This document shows positions 53,008 to 62,079 of a stretch of DNA of 64,000 nucleotides, piece by piece. Below the pieces are notes generated by a model that was not told the DNA's origin, made no database searches, and worked only from the letters and a program-made list of their open reading frames with translations. Position 1 is the first letter of the stretch. Every line of letters starts with the position of its first letter. The translations under genes and the position numbers were made by a program. The DNA comes from Actinomycetota bacterium. GTDB lineage: Bacteria > Actinomycetota > Acidimicrobiia > Acidimicrobiales > UBA10347. The stretch is from assembly GCA_039028435.1 (NCBI GenBank), contig JBCCIC010000019.1, forward strand, positions 6,053 to 70,052, given 5' to 3'.

Positions 53008-53059
53008 GCTGGCGTTCCCTGCTCGACCTGGCGATGGCCCAACGTGTTCTCGAGGCAGA

Positions 53060-53075
53060 GGGGTGCATGCACCCC
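53060..53075. terminator. palindrome after the last phage gene
   Basis: GGGGTGCATGCACCCC, a perfect 16-nt palindrome with no U tract. Confidence 0.3.
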
Positions 53076-53168
53076 CGACTTGCACACGATCCGCATGATT
53101 ACGCCGAACGCGATGCAGGGTTGAACGTGCAACTTCGTTGAAATTATGCGGATCTTTGCTGTTTTGGG

Positions 53169-53204
53169 AGCAGGGGGTCGCAGGTTCGAATCCTGCCAGC
53201 CCGA
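53169..53204 (+). tRNA. tRNA 3-prime fragment (T arm plus acceptor 3-prime strand); putative att core
   Basis: GCAGG-TTCGAAT-CCTGC T arm followed by CAGCCCG-A. No matching 5-prime acceptor strand, D arm or anticodon arm upstream. Confidence 0.65.
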
Positions 53205-53216
53205 CGTCGGAACACT
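53197..53216 (+). repeat. direct repeat copy 1 (tRNA end plus flank)
   Basis: CAGCCCGACGTCGGAACACT. Confidence 0.8.
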
Positions 53217-53295
53217 TCGTGTTCCTTACGGAGTTTCGCCTGGCGGCGAAACATCCATGTGCTCACGCGTACACATGGTTCAAGAGCTGTCCGAT

Positions 53296-53315
53296 CAGCC
53301 TGACGTCGGAACACT
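53296..53315 (+). repeat. direct repeat copy 2
   Basis: CAGCCTGACGTCGGAACACT (19/20). A third partial copy, CCCGACGTCG, lies at 53327-53336. Confidence 0.8.
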
Positions 53316-53350
53316 CCGGAGTACGGCCCGACGTCGTCTGCCTTCGGGCC

Positions 53351-54373
53351 TCAGGTGGCTAGTCGGAGGATGCCGCCGTCGGCGCGGCCGACGAGCAGGC
53401 TGCGTTCGTCGATCCAGGCGAGCCGGCTCGTCTCGGCACCCGCCGAGATCGCCGTTGTGGGTTTCAACGTGCCACCCGTCTTCGTGGGGGCTCCCCACAC
53501 CACCGTGCGCCGGTCATCACCGCCCGTCGCGATGGAAGTCCCACTGGGGTTCCATGCCAGGGCGTCGATCTGACGGTCGTGGGCATCCACCGATGCCGGT
53601 GCCGTCCCCTCAGGACCTTTGCCGCCGAAGTCCCACAAGCTCAGCTGACCTCGACAGGCGACGGCCAGCCAGCGACCTTGCGGGTCGAAAACCGTCCGTT
53701 CGATCTTCGACGGATACCCCGACATCGACAGCTCGCGTCCGCTCCAGAGTTTCCACGACTGGACGAATCCGTCCTGCGCTCCAGCGCACGCCCACTTCCC
53801 GTCGGGCGAGATCGCCAACGACAGCAACGAGCCGTGCCAGTCGAACCGCACGCGCTTTCCCGCGCGTTCGCCGACGACATCGTGCCAACCGATGCCGCCA
53901 TAGGCCGATACACCGACCCGCTCGCCATCGGGCGACCACGCGATGTCGGTGACGGTCGAAGGCTGGTCGTCGAAGTCGTCGAGCACCGAGCCATCGTCAT
54001 CGACGATCAGCAGATGACGCCCCACACCGACGGCGAGGACAGGCGCCGCTGACGACCACGCCATTGCGGTGACCCAGGTCGCGCACTCCACCGTGGCTGC
54101 CATCACGCCAGCCCGGTCGTACAGACGCACCATGCCGTCTTGTCCGCCGACGGCGAACCGTGTGCCGTCGGCTGACCAAGCTGCGCTCAGCACGCCCATC
54201 TCATGGTTCGCCAGAACGACCGTTGCGCCGTTGTCGGTTTGCACGAGTGCTGCCTCGCCGCCGAGCGAGCCGACGACCGCGAGGCTTCGATCCGGGCTTG
54301 GCTCGACCACATGCACGTAGTCATCGAGGTCGATGCGCCAGCGAACAGGCGACGCAGCGCCCACCTCGCTCAT
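53351..54373 (-). CDS. WD40 repeat protein
   Basis: Repeated AWSxDG / GGxDG / SPDG blocks (AAWSADGTRFAVGGQDGMVRLYD, IAWSPDGERVGV, LAISPDGKWACAGAQDGFV, LAWNPSGTSIATGGDD). Confidence 0.85.
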   Translation of the reverse strand: MSEVGAASPVRWRIDLDDYVHVVEPSPDRSLAVVGSLGGEAALVQTDNGATVVLANHEMGVLSAAWSADGTRFAVGGQDGMVRLYDRAGVMAATVECATWVTAMAWSSAAPVLAVGVGRHLLIVDDDGSVLDDFDDQPSTVTDIAWSPDGERVGVSAYGGIGWHDVVGERAGKRVRFDWHGSLLSLAISPDGKWACAGAQDGFVQSWKLWSGRELSMSGYPSKIERTVFDPQGRWLAVACRGQLSLWDFGGKGPEGTAPASVDAHDRQIDALAWNPSGTSIATGGDDRRTVVWGAPTKTGGTLKPTTAISAGAETSRLAWIDERSLLVGRADGGILRLAT

Positions 54374-55353
54374 ACGAGACAGGCTCGGAAGCTCGACTCG
54401 AGCTCCTCTCGGTCAAGGTTGCGACCGATGAACACCAGTCGATTCCGGCGTTCCTCACCCTCGCCCCAGGAACCGAGGGCTTCGGCGTCGAGCAGCATGT
54501 GCACGCCCTGGAACACGTAGCGCTCGTCCCAGCCTTCGATCGCCAAGATGCCCTTGGAGCGGAAGATGTCAACGCCCTTGGTCTGCAGCAGGTTGCTGAG
54601 CCATTCGTTGAGGCGCTCGACGTTGAGGTCGCCGACCGCCTCGATGCCGACGGACGTGACGGTCTCGTCGTGCTGATGCTCGGCGTCGGGATCGAGAAAC
54701 TCGGGGTCGTCCGCGAGGACACGATCGAGGGAGAACGCGCCTACTTCGAGAATGGCATCGAGGTCGACCTTGCCGTGCTGGGTACGGATGATCGGAGCCA
54801 GCTTGTTGAAGTCGCGGATGCGGGCCTCGACCGTGTCGAGCTCGGCTCCGTCGACCAGATCGATCTTGTTCAACATGATGCGATCAGCAAACGCGAGCTG
54901 CTCGACGGCCTCGTTCTCGATGCCCTCGGGCTTCTCCTCCTCGAGATGCGGCAGGAGGTGCTTGGCGTCGACCACGGTCACAATCGCATCGAGGCGCAGC
55001 TGAGCGGCCATCTCGTCGTCGACGAAGAACGTCTGGGCGACCGGTGCCGGATCGGCGAGCCCCGTGGTCTCGATCAGGATCTGATCGAACTTGTCCTTGC
55101 GCCGCATCAGATTGCCGAGAATGCGGATCAGGTCGCCACGAACGGTGCAGCAGATGCAGCCGTTGTTCATCTCGAAGATCTCTTCTTCGGCATCGAGCAC
55201 GATCGCATCGTCGATGCCGATCTCACCGAACTCGTTCTCGATCACGGCGATGCGCTTGCCGTGCTGCTCGGTGAGGATGTGATTCAGCAGGGTCGTCTTG
55301 CCGGCTCCAAGGAAGCCAGTCAACACCGTCACCGGAACTCGTTCGTCAGTCAT
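54370..55353 (-). CDS. COG0523 (CobW/YeiR/ZigA-type) G3E metallochaperone GTPase
   Basis: GFLGAGKTTLLN P-loop and CICCTVRGD metal motif. ATGA coupling to the WD40 gene. ATG at 55353. Confidence 0.9.
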   Translation of the reverse strand: MTDERVPVTVLTGFLGAGKTTLLNHILTEQHGKRIAVIENEFGEIGIDDAIVLDAEEEIFEMNNGCICCTVRGDLIRILGNLMRRKDKFDQILIETTGLADPAPVAQTFFVDDEMAAQLRLDAIVTVVDAKHLLPHLEEEKPEGIENEAVEQLAFADRIMLNKIDLVDGAELDTVEARIRDFNKLAPIIRTQHGKVDLDAILEVGAFSLDRVLADDPEFLDPDAEHQHDETVTSVGIEAVGDLNVERLNEWLSNLLQTKGVDIFRSKGILAIEGWDERYVFQGVHMLLDAEALGSWGEGEERRNRLVFIGRNLDREELESSFRACLV

Positions 55354-55357
55354 GGTC

Positions 55358-55372
55358 GAATGATAATGATTC
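55358..55372. promoter_or_regulatory. Zur-box-like AT-rich 7-1-7 palindrome
   Basis: GAATGATAATGATTC (one mismatch from perfect), 5 nt upstream of the COG0523 start codon. Confidence 0.5.
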
Positions 55373-55537
55373 CCAGTAGGCCGTGCAGATTCGGGCGTCA
55401 CCGCTGCTCATCCGTCGCTCATCCGGGGCCGCGTCACCCGGAGAGGGCACGGTCCGAGTCACCCGAATCGGTGAACGTTCTCGACCCGAGCGTTCCTTGA
55501 GATTCGCTTCATGACGGGCTGATCCAGGTCGCCCACG

Positions 55538-56950
55538 ATGCGGGCCATGGACCACAACAAGTACTTCTCGACCGTCGTTCTGACGGCACTCCTTCTGGTG
55601 GCGGCATTGCTGGCCGCCGCTCCCGCTGCCCACGCGCAGACCGCAGGTGACACCGACGGCGACGGCGTTCCCGACGTCGAGGAGATGAACAGCTATGCGC
55701 TGCTCATCAACGCCAGCTTCGAGGACGGCGTCGACCCGGGCGTTGCGACGAATCGTTGGGGCTCGGCTCCTCGCCAGGCTCTCCAGTTCTGGGAGACGCA
55801 GATCCCGGGTTGGAGCACCACCGAGGGACCCAATCGGATCGAGATCTGGCAGAGCGGCTTCAACAGCACACCGTCACAGCACGGCTCGAACCACGCCGAA
55901 ATCAATGCGAACGAGCACGCCACGCTGTACCAGGACATCCGCACCCAGCCCGGCACCACGCTCGAGTGGAGCATCTGGCACCGAGGCCGCGCCGGGACCG
56001 ACCATGCGGTCGCCCTCGTCGGCGATGCCTCCGGCCCGCTGAGCGAGCTCCCGGTCGAGGTCTACATGTCGACGGGCAACACGGCCTGGGTGCAGTACTC
56101 GGGCACCTATGTGGTGCCGGCCGGCCAGACCCGGACCCGTCTCGCCTTCCGGTCGATCAGCACCGCGACCGGCAACCTCTCGGTGGGCAACTTCATCGAC
56201 AACCTCGAGGTCAATGTGCTGGTCGCCCGTGACAGCGACGGCGACGGCGCCCCCGACCACCTCGACACCGACAGCGACAACGACGGCATCAGCGACGGCG
56301 ACGAGGCCAAGGAAGACCGACCCGACGAGGTCACCTTCAACATCCCCGATGCCGGGATACCCGTCGGCGACTCCTGCGGTTTCGCTCTGGACAGCGACCG
56401 CCTTCCCCGCCAGGCCGTTGCGGTCGGCAACTGGGCACCCGGCGCAACCGTGCTCTCGACCGGCTTCGACGGTTCGTACGAATGGATGCAGCTCTCCGGC
56501 TCGTGGGAGCAGCGCGGCAGCGCACTCCGCCAGCTCCGCAACTGCGGCTACGACCACACCGCACTGCTCGACACGGCACCGATCGCCGACTTCACCTTCG
56601 AGGTCTCGGTCCGGGCCGTCGACGGCACCAACGGCGGCGGCATCGTGTTCAACCAGTCGAGCCCGGACACCCGCTCCGGTGCGATGGTTGTCCACCTGAT
56701 CCGGGATGGCGCCGTGCTCGCGTGGGGTCGCTACGACCATGCCGGCTACTACCGGAGCCTCGGCCGGACACCGGTCAGCAGCGGCGGCACCGACACCATC
56801 GCCGTCACCCAGCAGGCCGGCTCGGTCGAGATCTCGTTCAACGGTGAGGTCGTCGGGACCACGACCGCCTCCAACCCCGGCGGCTACGTCGGCTTCATGA
56901 GCTCGCTCTCGAGCGTCGCCTTCGATCATGCGGCGTTGACCGCAGCCTGA
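55538..56950 (+). CDS. secreted protein with thrombospondin type-3-like Ca-binding repeats and LamG/DUF1080-like C-terminal domain
   Basis: Signal peptide ending AHAQT. DTDGDGVPD and DSDGDGAPDHLDTDSDNDGISDGDE. Jelly-roll-like terminal domains. Confidence 0.7.
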   Translation: MRAMDHNKYFSTVVLTALLLVAALLAAAPAAHAQTAGDTDGDGVPDVEEMNSYALLINASFEDGVDPGVATNRWGSAPRQALQFWETQIPGWSTTEGPNRIEIWQSGFNSTPSQHGSNHAEINANEHATLYQDIRTQPGTTLEWSIWHRGRAGTDHAVALVGDASGPLSELPVEVYMSTGNTAWVQYSGTYVVPAGQTRTRLAFRSISTATGNLSVGNFIDNLEVNVLVARDSDGDGAPDHLDTDSDNDGISDGDEAKEDRPDEVTFNIPDAGIPVGDSCGFALDSDRLPRQAVAVGNWAPGATVLSTGFDGSYEWMQLSGSWEQRGSALRQLRNCGYDHTALLDTAPIADFTFEVSVRAVDGTNGGGIVFNQSSPDTRSGAMVVHLIRDGAVLAWGRYDHAGYYRSLGRTPVSSGGTDTIAVTQQAGSVEISFNGEVVGTTTASNPGGYVGFMSSLSSVAFDHAALTAA

Positions 56951-57035
56951 GCGGGCAGCTCACCCGCACCGTCCCCAGTCCCCCATTCGCAGTGGCGCTC
57001 CCTCGGTCCATGGGAGCGCCACTGGCGCGTCCGGG

Positions 57036-59498
57036 CTACTCCTCTTCTTCGCGAACGGCGATCTCGAGGCCGCCGAGGTGGACCGCACGCCAATCGTGGT
57101 AGGCAGCCCAGATCACGAGCATCGGGGGCAGGACCACGATCGCTGCGACCAACGAGTAGCCGACGGTGATGGCCGTGAGGAGGCCGAACTGACCCATCGG
57201 TGGCACCGGAGCGAAGACGAGCACCAGGAACCCGAGGGCTGTGGTGAGCGCGCTCCCGATCAGCGCGCCGCCGGTCGTGCGCATGACCTTCGCCAACGCC
57301 TCGGCCAGCGTGTGCGACCCATGCTCGCGTTCTTCGAGGAAGCGGTGCGTGACGTGGATGGTGTAGTCGACACCGATGCCGATCGACAGTGCGGTGATCA
57401 TCGCGGTGATCACGTTGTAGGAGTAACCGAGAATCGCCATCGTCCCGAGCACCCACACCAGCACCAAGCCGATCGGGAGCACCGACAGAACGGCGAGCAT
57501 CGGGCGGAACTCGGTCGCCCAGAAGAAGAGCACCAGGACGATCAACGCCGCGAGCACGGTCAGCACGATCGAGTTGCCTTGGCTCTCGGTCAAGCTGTCC
57601 GACACCTCGAGGCCGATGATCTGACCGGAGATCGCCGTGACCTCCTCGTCGGGCCCGAGCCACAGTCCGTCGACCTCCTCGATCAGCGAACGCGTGGCTT
57701 CGAGATCACCGCTGAACGCATCGAACTGGACGAGCATCCGGTCGACGTCGTCACCCGCGCCGTACGCGACCACCGATGCGAACGCCGCCGGGTCTGCTCC
57801 TTCGATGATGTCCAGCGCCTCTTCGATCACCGCGGACTCGACAACGAAGGGGTTGTCCGCGCCGAAGTCGAGCGTGTTGAGCTCAGCCTGAGCATCCAGC
57901 GGAAGGTTGCTGGCGACGACACCGAGCGACGAGGTCACCGGACCGGCGACGGCATCGGGTTTCTGCACCGGGTCCTCCAAGCCCTCCGAGAGGTCGAGCA
58001 GGTTTCGGAGTGTCCGGTCGCTCGTGACATCGGACTCGATGAGGACCGTGACCGGTTCGGTGTTGCCGCCGAGGAACTCGTCGATGAAACGAATGTCCTC
58101 GGCAGAGTCAGAACCCTGGGTCACGAAGTCGGCCTGGTCGAACTCGGACTCGACTTGCGTGGCGAGGCCGGCCATCACGAGCGTGAAAACGCCTGTCAAC
58201 GCAAGGATCGCGCCGGGCTTGGCCACGCTGGCGGCACTCAACCGCTCGACCAGCGGTCCGGCGCCGGGGATGGCGTCGTTCATCAACCGCGAGAACGGCT
58301 CGCGTCCGCGGGCCTCGTTGCGTCGGTCGAGCAGCACGCGAGCAGCGGGCACACCGGTGAGGAAGACGATCAGACCGCTGGCCACACCAACGCCAGCGAC
58401 AACACCGAAGTCCGCCATGCCATCGATGTCGCCGGCCAGGTTCGTCAGGAAGCTGATGATCGTGGTTCCGCCGGCCAGGCCCAGCGGAAGCATCACGTGC
58501 GACACCGCGTCGGAGACTCCTTCGCGAGCCGCTTCGCCCTCGACGACGGTCTCCCGATAACGCGATGTGACCTGGATCCCATAGTCCACGCACAGGCCGA
58601 TCAGGATGATCGGCACCATCTGGGCCATAACGCTGGGTGCGCCGATGACCCCAAGGCCGTCCGGACCGAGGAGGCCCTGGAAGCCAAGCGCCCAGACGAT
58701 CGTCAGGATCAAACCGCCGAGGCTGAGAAACACGTCGCTCAATTGGCGATAGAAGACGAACAGCAGGATCCCGATCACGACGAAAGCGACCAGCATCAGC
58801 ACCGCGAACGCCGCCGCAGCGTCGGAGTCGGCGGTCAGCTTGCCGGGCGAGAAGGTCCGGGCGGCGTCGACGGCCGCCAACGGCACCGCCTGCACGGCCT
58901 CGTCGGCGGCGAGTTGCGCGTCGACGACCTCCTGCTCTGAGCCGACGGCATTGACGACGATCACGCCGATGCCGCCAACGATCGCGCCATCGCCGTCGCG
59001 GGCGATGAACGACTCGAGCGTCTCGGCCAGCCCGGCGTTCGCGGGATCGGCGATCGCAGCATCGATGTCGGCCTGGCTGAGCGTCGCGGGATCAACCGAT
59101 CGCGGATCGCCACCGGGTCCCGCGACCATTGCGAGCACCAGACCACCGATGGACACGGGCGGGCGCTCGTCGATCAACATCGGCGCGAGCTCGGGGGTCT
59201 CGACCACCGCACGGTTGGTCATGAGCGAGTCGACGACACCGCCAGGGGTGAGGACCGGTCCCCGAAGCACGACCTGAATCGATTCGAGCGCAGCGAACTG
59301 GGGGAAGCTCTCGTCGAGTGCGCCTTGTGCCGCGACGAGTTCGCTGCCACTCGGCAGGAATGACTCCTCGGGATCGGCCTGCGGCGCCGTGACCGACAAG
59401 CCGACGATCGCGACGATGGTGATCGCGAGGACGAGCGCCAACGCAATCCAGGGGCGACGGCTGACGAAACCGCCGTACACATCGAACAATCGCTTCAT
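57036..59498 (-). CDS. MMPL-family RND transporter
   Basis: MKRLFDVYGGFVSRRPWIALALVLAITIVAIVG start with GGGAGG ribosome-binding site. Two 6-TM bundles with large loops. Confidence 0.9.
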   Translation of the reverse strand: MKRLFDVYGGFVSRRPWIALALVLAITIVAIVGLSVTAPQADPEESFLPSGSELVAAQGALDESFPQFAALESIQVVLRGPVLTPGGVVDSLMTNRAVVETPELAPMLIDERPPVSIGGLVLAMVAGPGGDPRSVDPATLSQADIDAAIADPANAGLAETLESFIARDGDGAIVGGIGVIVVNAVGSEQEVVDAQLAADEAVQAVPLAAVDAARTFSPGKLTADSDAAAAFAVLMLVAFVVIGILLFVFYRQLSDVFLSLGGLILTIVWALGFQGLLGPDGLGVIGAPSVMAQMVPIILIGLCVDYGIQVTSRYRETVVEGEAAREGVSDAVSHVMLPLGLAGGTTIISFLTNLAGDIDGMADFGVVAGVGVASGLIVFLTGVPAARVLLDRRNEARGREPFSRLMNDAIPGAGPLVERLSAASVAKPGAILALTGVFTLVMAGLATQVESEFDQADFVTQGSDSAEDIRFIDEFLGGNTEPVTVLIESDVTSDRTLRNLLDLSEGLEDPVQKPDAVAGPVTSSLGVVASNLPLDAQAELNTLDFGADNPFVVESAVIEEALDIIEGADPAAFASVVAYGAGDDVDRMLVQFDAFSGDLEATRSLIEEVDGLWLGPDEEVTAISGQIIGLEVSDSLTESQGNSIVLTVLAALIVLVLFFWATEFRPMLAVLSVLPIGLVLVWVLGTMAILGYSYNVITAMITALSIGIGVDYTIHVTHRFLEEREHGSHTLAEALAKVMRTTGGALIGSALTTALGFLVLVFAPVPPMGQFGLLTAITVGYSLVAAIVVLPPMLVIWAAYHDWRAVHLGGLEIAVREEEE

Positions 59499-59622
59499 GG
59501 CAATCCTCCCGAATCGGCTGCCCCGAACCGACCCGGCGAGCAACCTAGTCGCCGAACGGCGCATGGGTCCTGGGATACGACCGGATCGGCACGCGTCGCC
59601 CTCACTGACTACCGTCGCTCGC

Positions 59623-60795
59623 ATGCCGCAATGGAGCAACTGGTCGGGCCGCCACACCGCCAACCCGACCACCCTGCACTTCGCCCGCAACGAAGATGCC
59701 CTCGCCGCCCTGGTCAGCACGATCAGCGAGGCGCAGTCGATCCGGGTCGCCGCGTCAGGACACAGCCACATGCCGCTGATCCCGAACGATGACTGCATCA
59801 TCGACATGACGGGGCTCACCGGTGTCATCGGCACCGACTCGGCGGCGGGTACGGCCCGGGTCTGGGCGGGCACGACGATCGCCGCGCTGGGTCGTCCGTT
59901 GCACGAGGCCGGCCTCGCACTGCACAACCAGGGCGACATCGATCGCCAGCAGATCGGCGGTGCCATCGCGACCGGCACCCACGGCACCGGCAAGACACTC
60001 AGCAACCTCTCGGCGGCGGTGACCGGCGCACGCGTGGTCTTGGCGAGCGGGGACATCGTCGAGTGCTCGGAAGTCGACAACCCGGAGCTGTTTCAGGCGC
60101 TTCGGCTCAACATCGGCGGCGTCGGCGTCGTCACGCAACTCGAGATCCAGTGCGTCGATGCGTTCCGGCTTCGCGAACGCGGCTGGGAAGCGCCGATCGA
60201 CGAGCTCCGCCCGCAGCTCGAGACGCTGGCCGAAGAGCACCGCCACTTCGAGTTCTTCTGGTACCCGGGCATCGATCGAGCAGCCGCGAAGGCGATCGAC
60301 ACGACCGACGACGCACCCGAATACCCGCTCGCCGAGGAAGGCGCCCGATGCGGGTGGAACTACGAGGTGCTCCCCAACCATCGTCCGCACCTGCACACCG
60401 AGATGGAGTTCAGCGTGCCCCTCGAGCAGGGACCGGCCTGTCTCGACGCGATCGTGCACCTCTTGCGCACCGAATTCACCGACGTGCGCTGGCCGGTCGA
60501 GTACCGAACGCTCGCGGCCGACGACGTGTGGCTCTCCACCGCCGGCAGTGGGCCGGTGGCGACGATCTCGGTCCACCAGGGCATCGACCACGACGAAGAG
60601 CCGTTCTACCGCTCCTGCGAGGAGATCTTCCGCAGCTTCGACGGGCGTCCGCACTGGGGCAAGGTCAACTGGTTCAGCCACGACGACTTCGCGGCGACCT
60701 ACGACCGCTGGGACGACTGGTGGCAGGTGCGAGACGAACACGACCCCAACCGAGCATTCCTCGGGCCCTGGCTCGGTTCGGTGGCGCCCGGCTGA
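59623..60795 (+). CDS. FAD-linked oxidase, D-arabinono-1,4-lactone / gulonolactone oxidase family
   Basis: SGHSH FAD-binding region and C-terminal GRPHWGK motif. Confidence 0.8.
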   Translation: MPQWSNWSGRHTANPTTLHFARNEDALAALVSTISEAQSIRVAASGHSHMPLIPNDDCIIDMTGLTGVIGTDSAAGTARVWAGTTIAALGRPLHEAGLALHNQGDIDRQQIGGAIATGTHGTGKTLSNLSAAVTGARVVLASGDIVECSEVDNPELFQALRLNIGGVGVVTQLEIQCVDAFRLRERGWEAPIDELRPQLETLAEEHRHFEFFWYPGIDRAAAKAIDTTDDAPEYPLAEEGARCGWNYEVLPNHRPHLHTEMEFSVPLEQGPACLDAIVHLLRTEFTDVRWPVEYRTLAADDVWLSTAGSGPVATISVHQGIDHDEEPFYRSCEEIFRSFDGRPHWGKVNWFSHDDFAATYDRWDDWWQVRDEHDPNRAFLGPWLGSVAPG

Positions 60796-60846
60796 TCCGG
60801 GAAACCCGACTGGCGACGGCGGCATCGCGCCATGCGAGGATGACGC

Positions 60847-61185
60847 ATGGACGATTCACACATCGATGAGCGCTTCCGCATCGGCGACACGCTGATCTTC
60901 GAGAACGATCGAGTCCGGGTCTGGGAACTCGCACTCGATCCTGGCGAGGAGTCACACGCGCACGAACACGCGAACGACTACGTGATGATCTGCATCGAGG
61001 GCGACAAGGTTGCCGGCAAGGCGACGCCAGGTCAGGACGACCCGTACGGGAGGTTCGGCGACTTCGTCGACATTCCGACCGGTCCCGGACACACCCTCTA
61101 CGTCGAGGGTGGCGTGCACGAGACGGCGGTGAACACCGGATCGAGCCGCTACCGCAACATCCTCGTCGAACTACTCGACGGTTAG
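60847..61185 (+). CDS. cupin-domain protein
   Basis: GEESHAHEHANDYVMICIEG ... GGVHETAVN. Confidence 0.65.
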   Translation: MDDSHIDERFRIGDTLIFENDRVRVWELALDPGEESHAHEHANDYVMICIEGDKVAGKATPGQDDPYGRFGDFVDIPTGPGHTLYVEGGVHETAVNTGSSRYRNILVELLDG

Positions 61186-61194
61186 GGTCGGGCC

Positions 61195-61992
61195 ATGACC
61201 GACGAGCTGCTCTACGACGTCAGCGACCGCATCGCCACGATCACGTTCAACCGCCCCGATCGGATGAACACGATCACCCACCGCATGCTCAACGGGCTGA
61301 GCGAACTCCTGCTCCAAGCCGACCGCGACCGCGAGGTTCGGGCGATCATCATCACCGGGGCCGGCAAGGCGTGGTGTGCCGGTCTGGACATGGCGGCAGC
61401 GATGGCCGGCGACGCATTCGACTCCGAAGGCCAGGAACGACCCGCTCCGGGCGAGTTCGACCTGCGCGACGCTCCCCCGATCGTGCTCAACAAGATCGAC
61501 ACGCCGACGATCGCCGCGCTCAACGGCGGCGCCGCCGGCTACGGCATGGACATTGCCCTCGGCTGCGACCTCCGGATCGCGTCAACCAAGGCCAAGTTGT
61601 CGGCCGCGTACACCGCACGGAACCTCGTGCCCGAGAGCGGGGGCACCTGGCTGTTGCCTCGCATCGTTGGCTGGTCGAAAGCCTCCGAGCTGTTGTTCAC
61701 CGCTCGCACGCTCACCGCGGACCAGGCACTCGAGTTCGGCCTCGTGAGCGAGGTCGTCGATCCCGAGGCGCTTACCGACGCGGCCCGCAACCTTGCCGGC
61801 GAGATCGCCGCCAACGCGCCGCTCGCCGTCCGGGCCGCGAAGCGCATGATGCGTCACGCCATGACGGAGGACTTCGAGGACCACGTGCAGCGCGAGTACT
61901 TGGCGCTGCTGCAGCTCTTCTCCACGAAGGACTTCCGAGAAGGCATCGCCGCCTTCATGGAGAAGCGCCAGGCCGACTTCACCGGCGAATAG
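61195..61992 (+). CDS. enoyl-CoA hydratase/isomerase (crotonase) family protein
   Basis: ITFNRPDRMNT ... ITGAGKAWCAGLD ... IAALNGGAAGYGMDIALGCD. Confidence 0.9.
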   Translation: MTDELLYDVSDRIATITFNRPDRMNTITHRMLNGLSELLLQADRDREVRAIIITGAGKAWCAGLDMAAAMAGDAFDSEGQERPAPGEFDLRDAPPIVLNKIDTPTIAALNGGAAGYGMDIALGCDLRIASTKAKLSAAYTARNLVPESGGTWLLPRIVGWSKASELLFTARTLTADQALEFGLVSEVVDPEALTDAARNLAGEIAANAPLAVRAAKRMMRHAMTEDFEDHVQREYLALLQLFSTKDFREGIAAFMEKRQADFTGE

Positions 61993-62079
61993 GGCCCGCG
62001 CCGGTCCAGAGGTCCCGCAGACCCCGCCGTTCGCCGAATCGTTGGAACGCGTGGGCTGCTGTCGGCCTACCATGCTGCC

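Larger units (their letters stand above)
5697..53204. mobile_element. Siphovirus-type temperate prophage; integrase and attL not present in the window
   Basis: Uninterrupted phage gene order from the lysogeny operon and CI/Cro switch to the lysis cassette. Right end is a tRNA 3-prime fragment. Left limit is placed at the truncation point of a host dehydrogenase fragment and is uncertain; 1-5696 may be further accessory DNA. Confidence 0.75.

Noticed and set aside
53130-53212. A complete tRNA gene at the prophage right end
   Set aside because: Only the T arm (GCAGG-TTCGAAT-CCTGC) and the 3-prime acceptor strand are present. No CGGGCTG 5-prime acceptor strand, D arm or pairable anticodon stem could be found upstream. 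It is annotated as a fragment.
54160-56929. ORFs antisense to the COG0523 gene (446 aa, +) and to the LamG-like gene (351 aa, -)
   Set aside because: The opposite-strand genes carry clear motifs (P-loop/CxCC; signal peptide and Ca-binding repeats). These ORFs show none.
57078-58940. 620-aa plus-strand ORF
   Set aside because: It lies entirely antisense to the MMPL transporter gene. The translation is Arg/His/Asp/Glu-rich with no motifs, typical of a mirror ORF in high-GC DNA.
59499-60080. N-terminal extension of the MMPL ORF to 1014 aa
   Set aside because: The extension overlaps the FAD-oxidase gene on the other strand and is low-complexity. A GGGAGG ribosome-binding site and a membrane-protein-like start (MKRLFDVYGG) occur at 59498.
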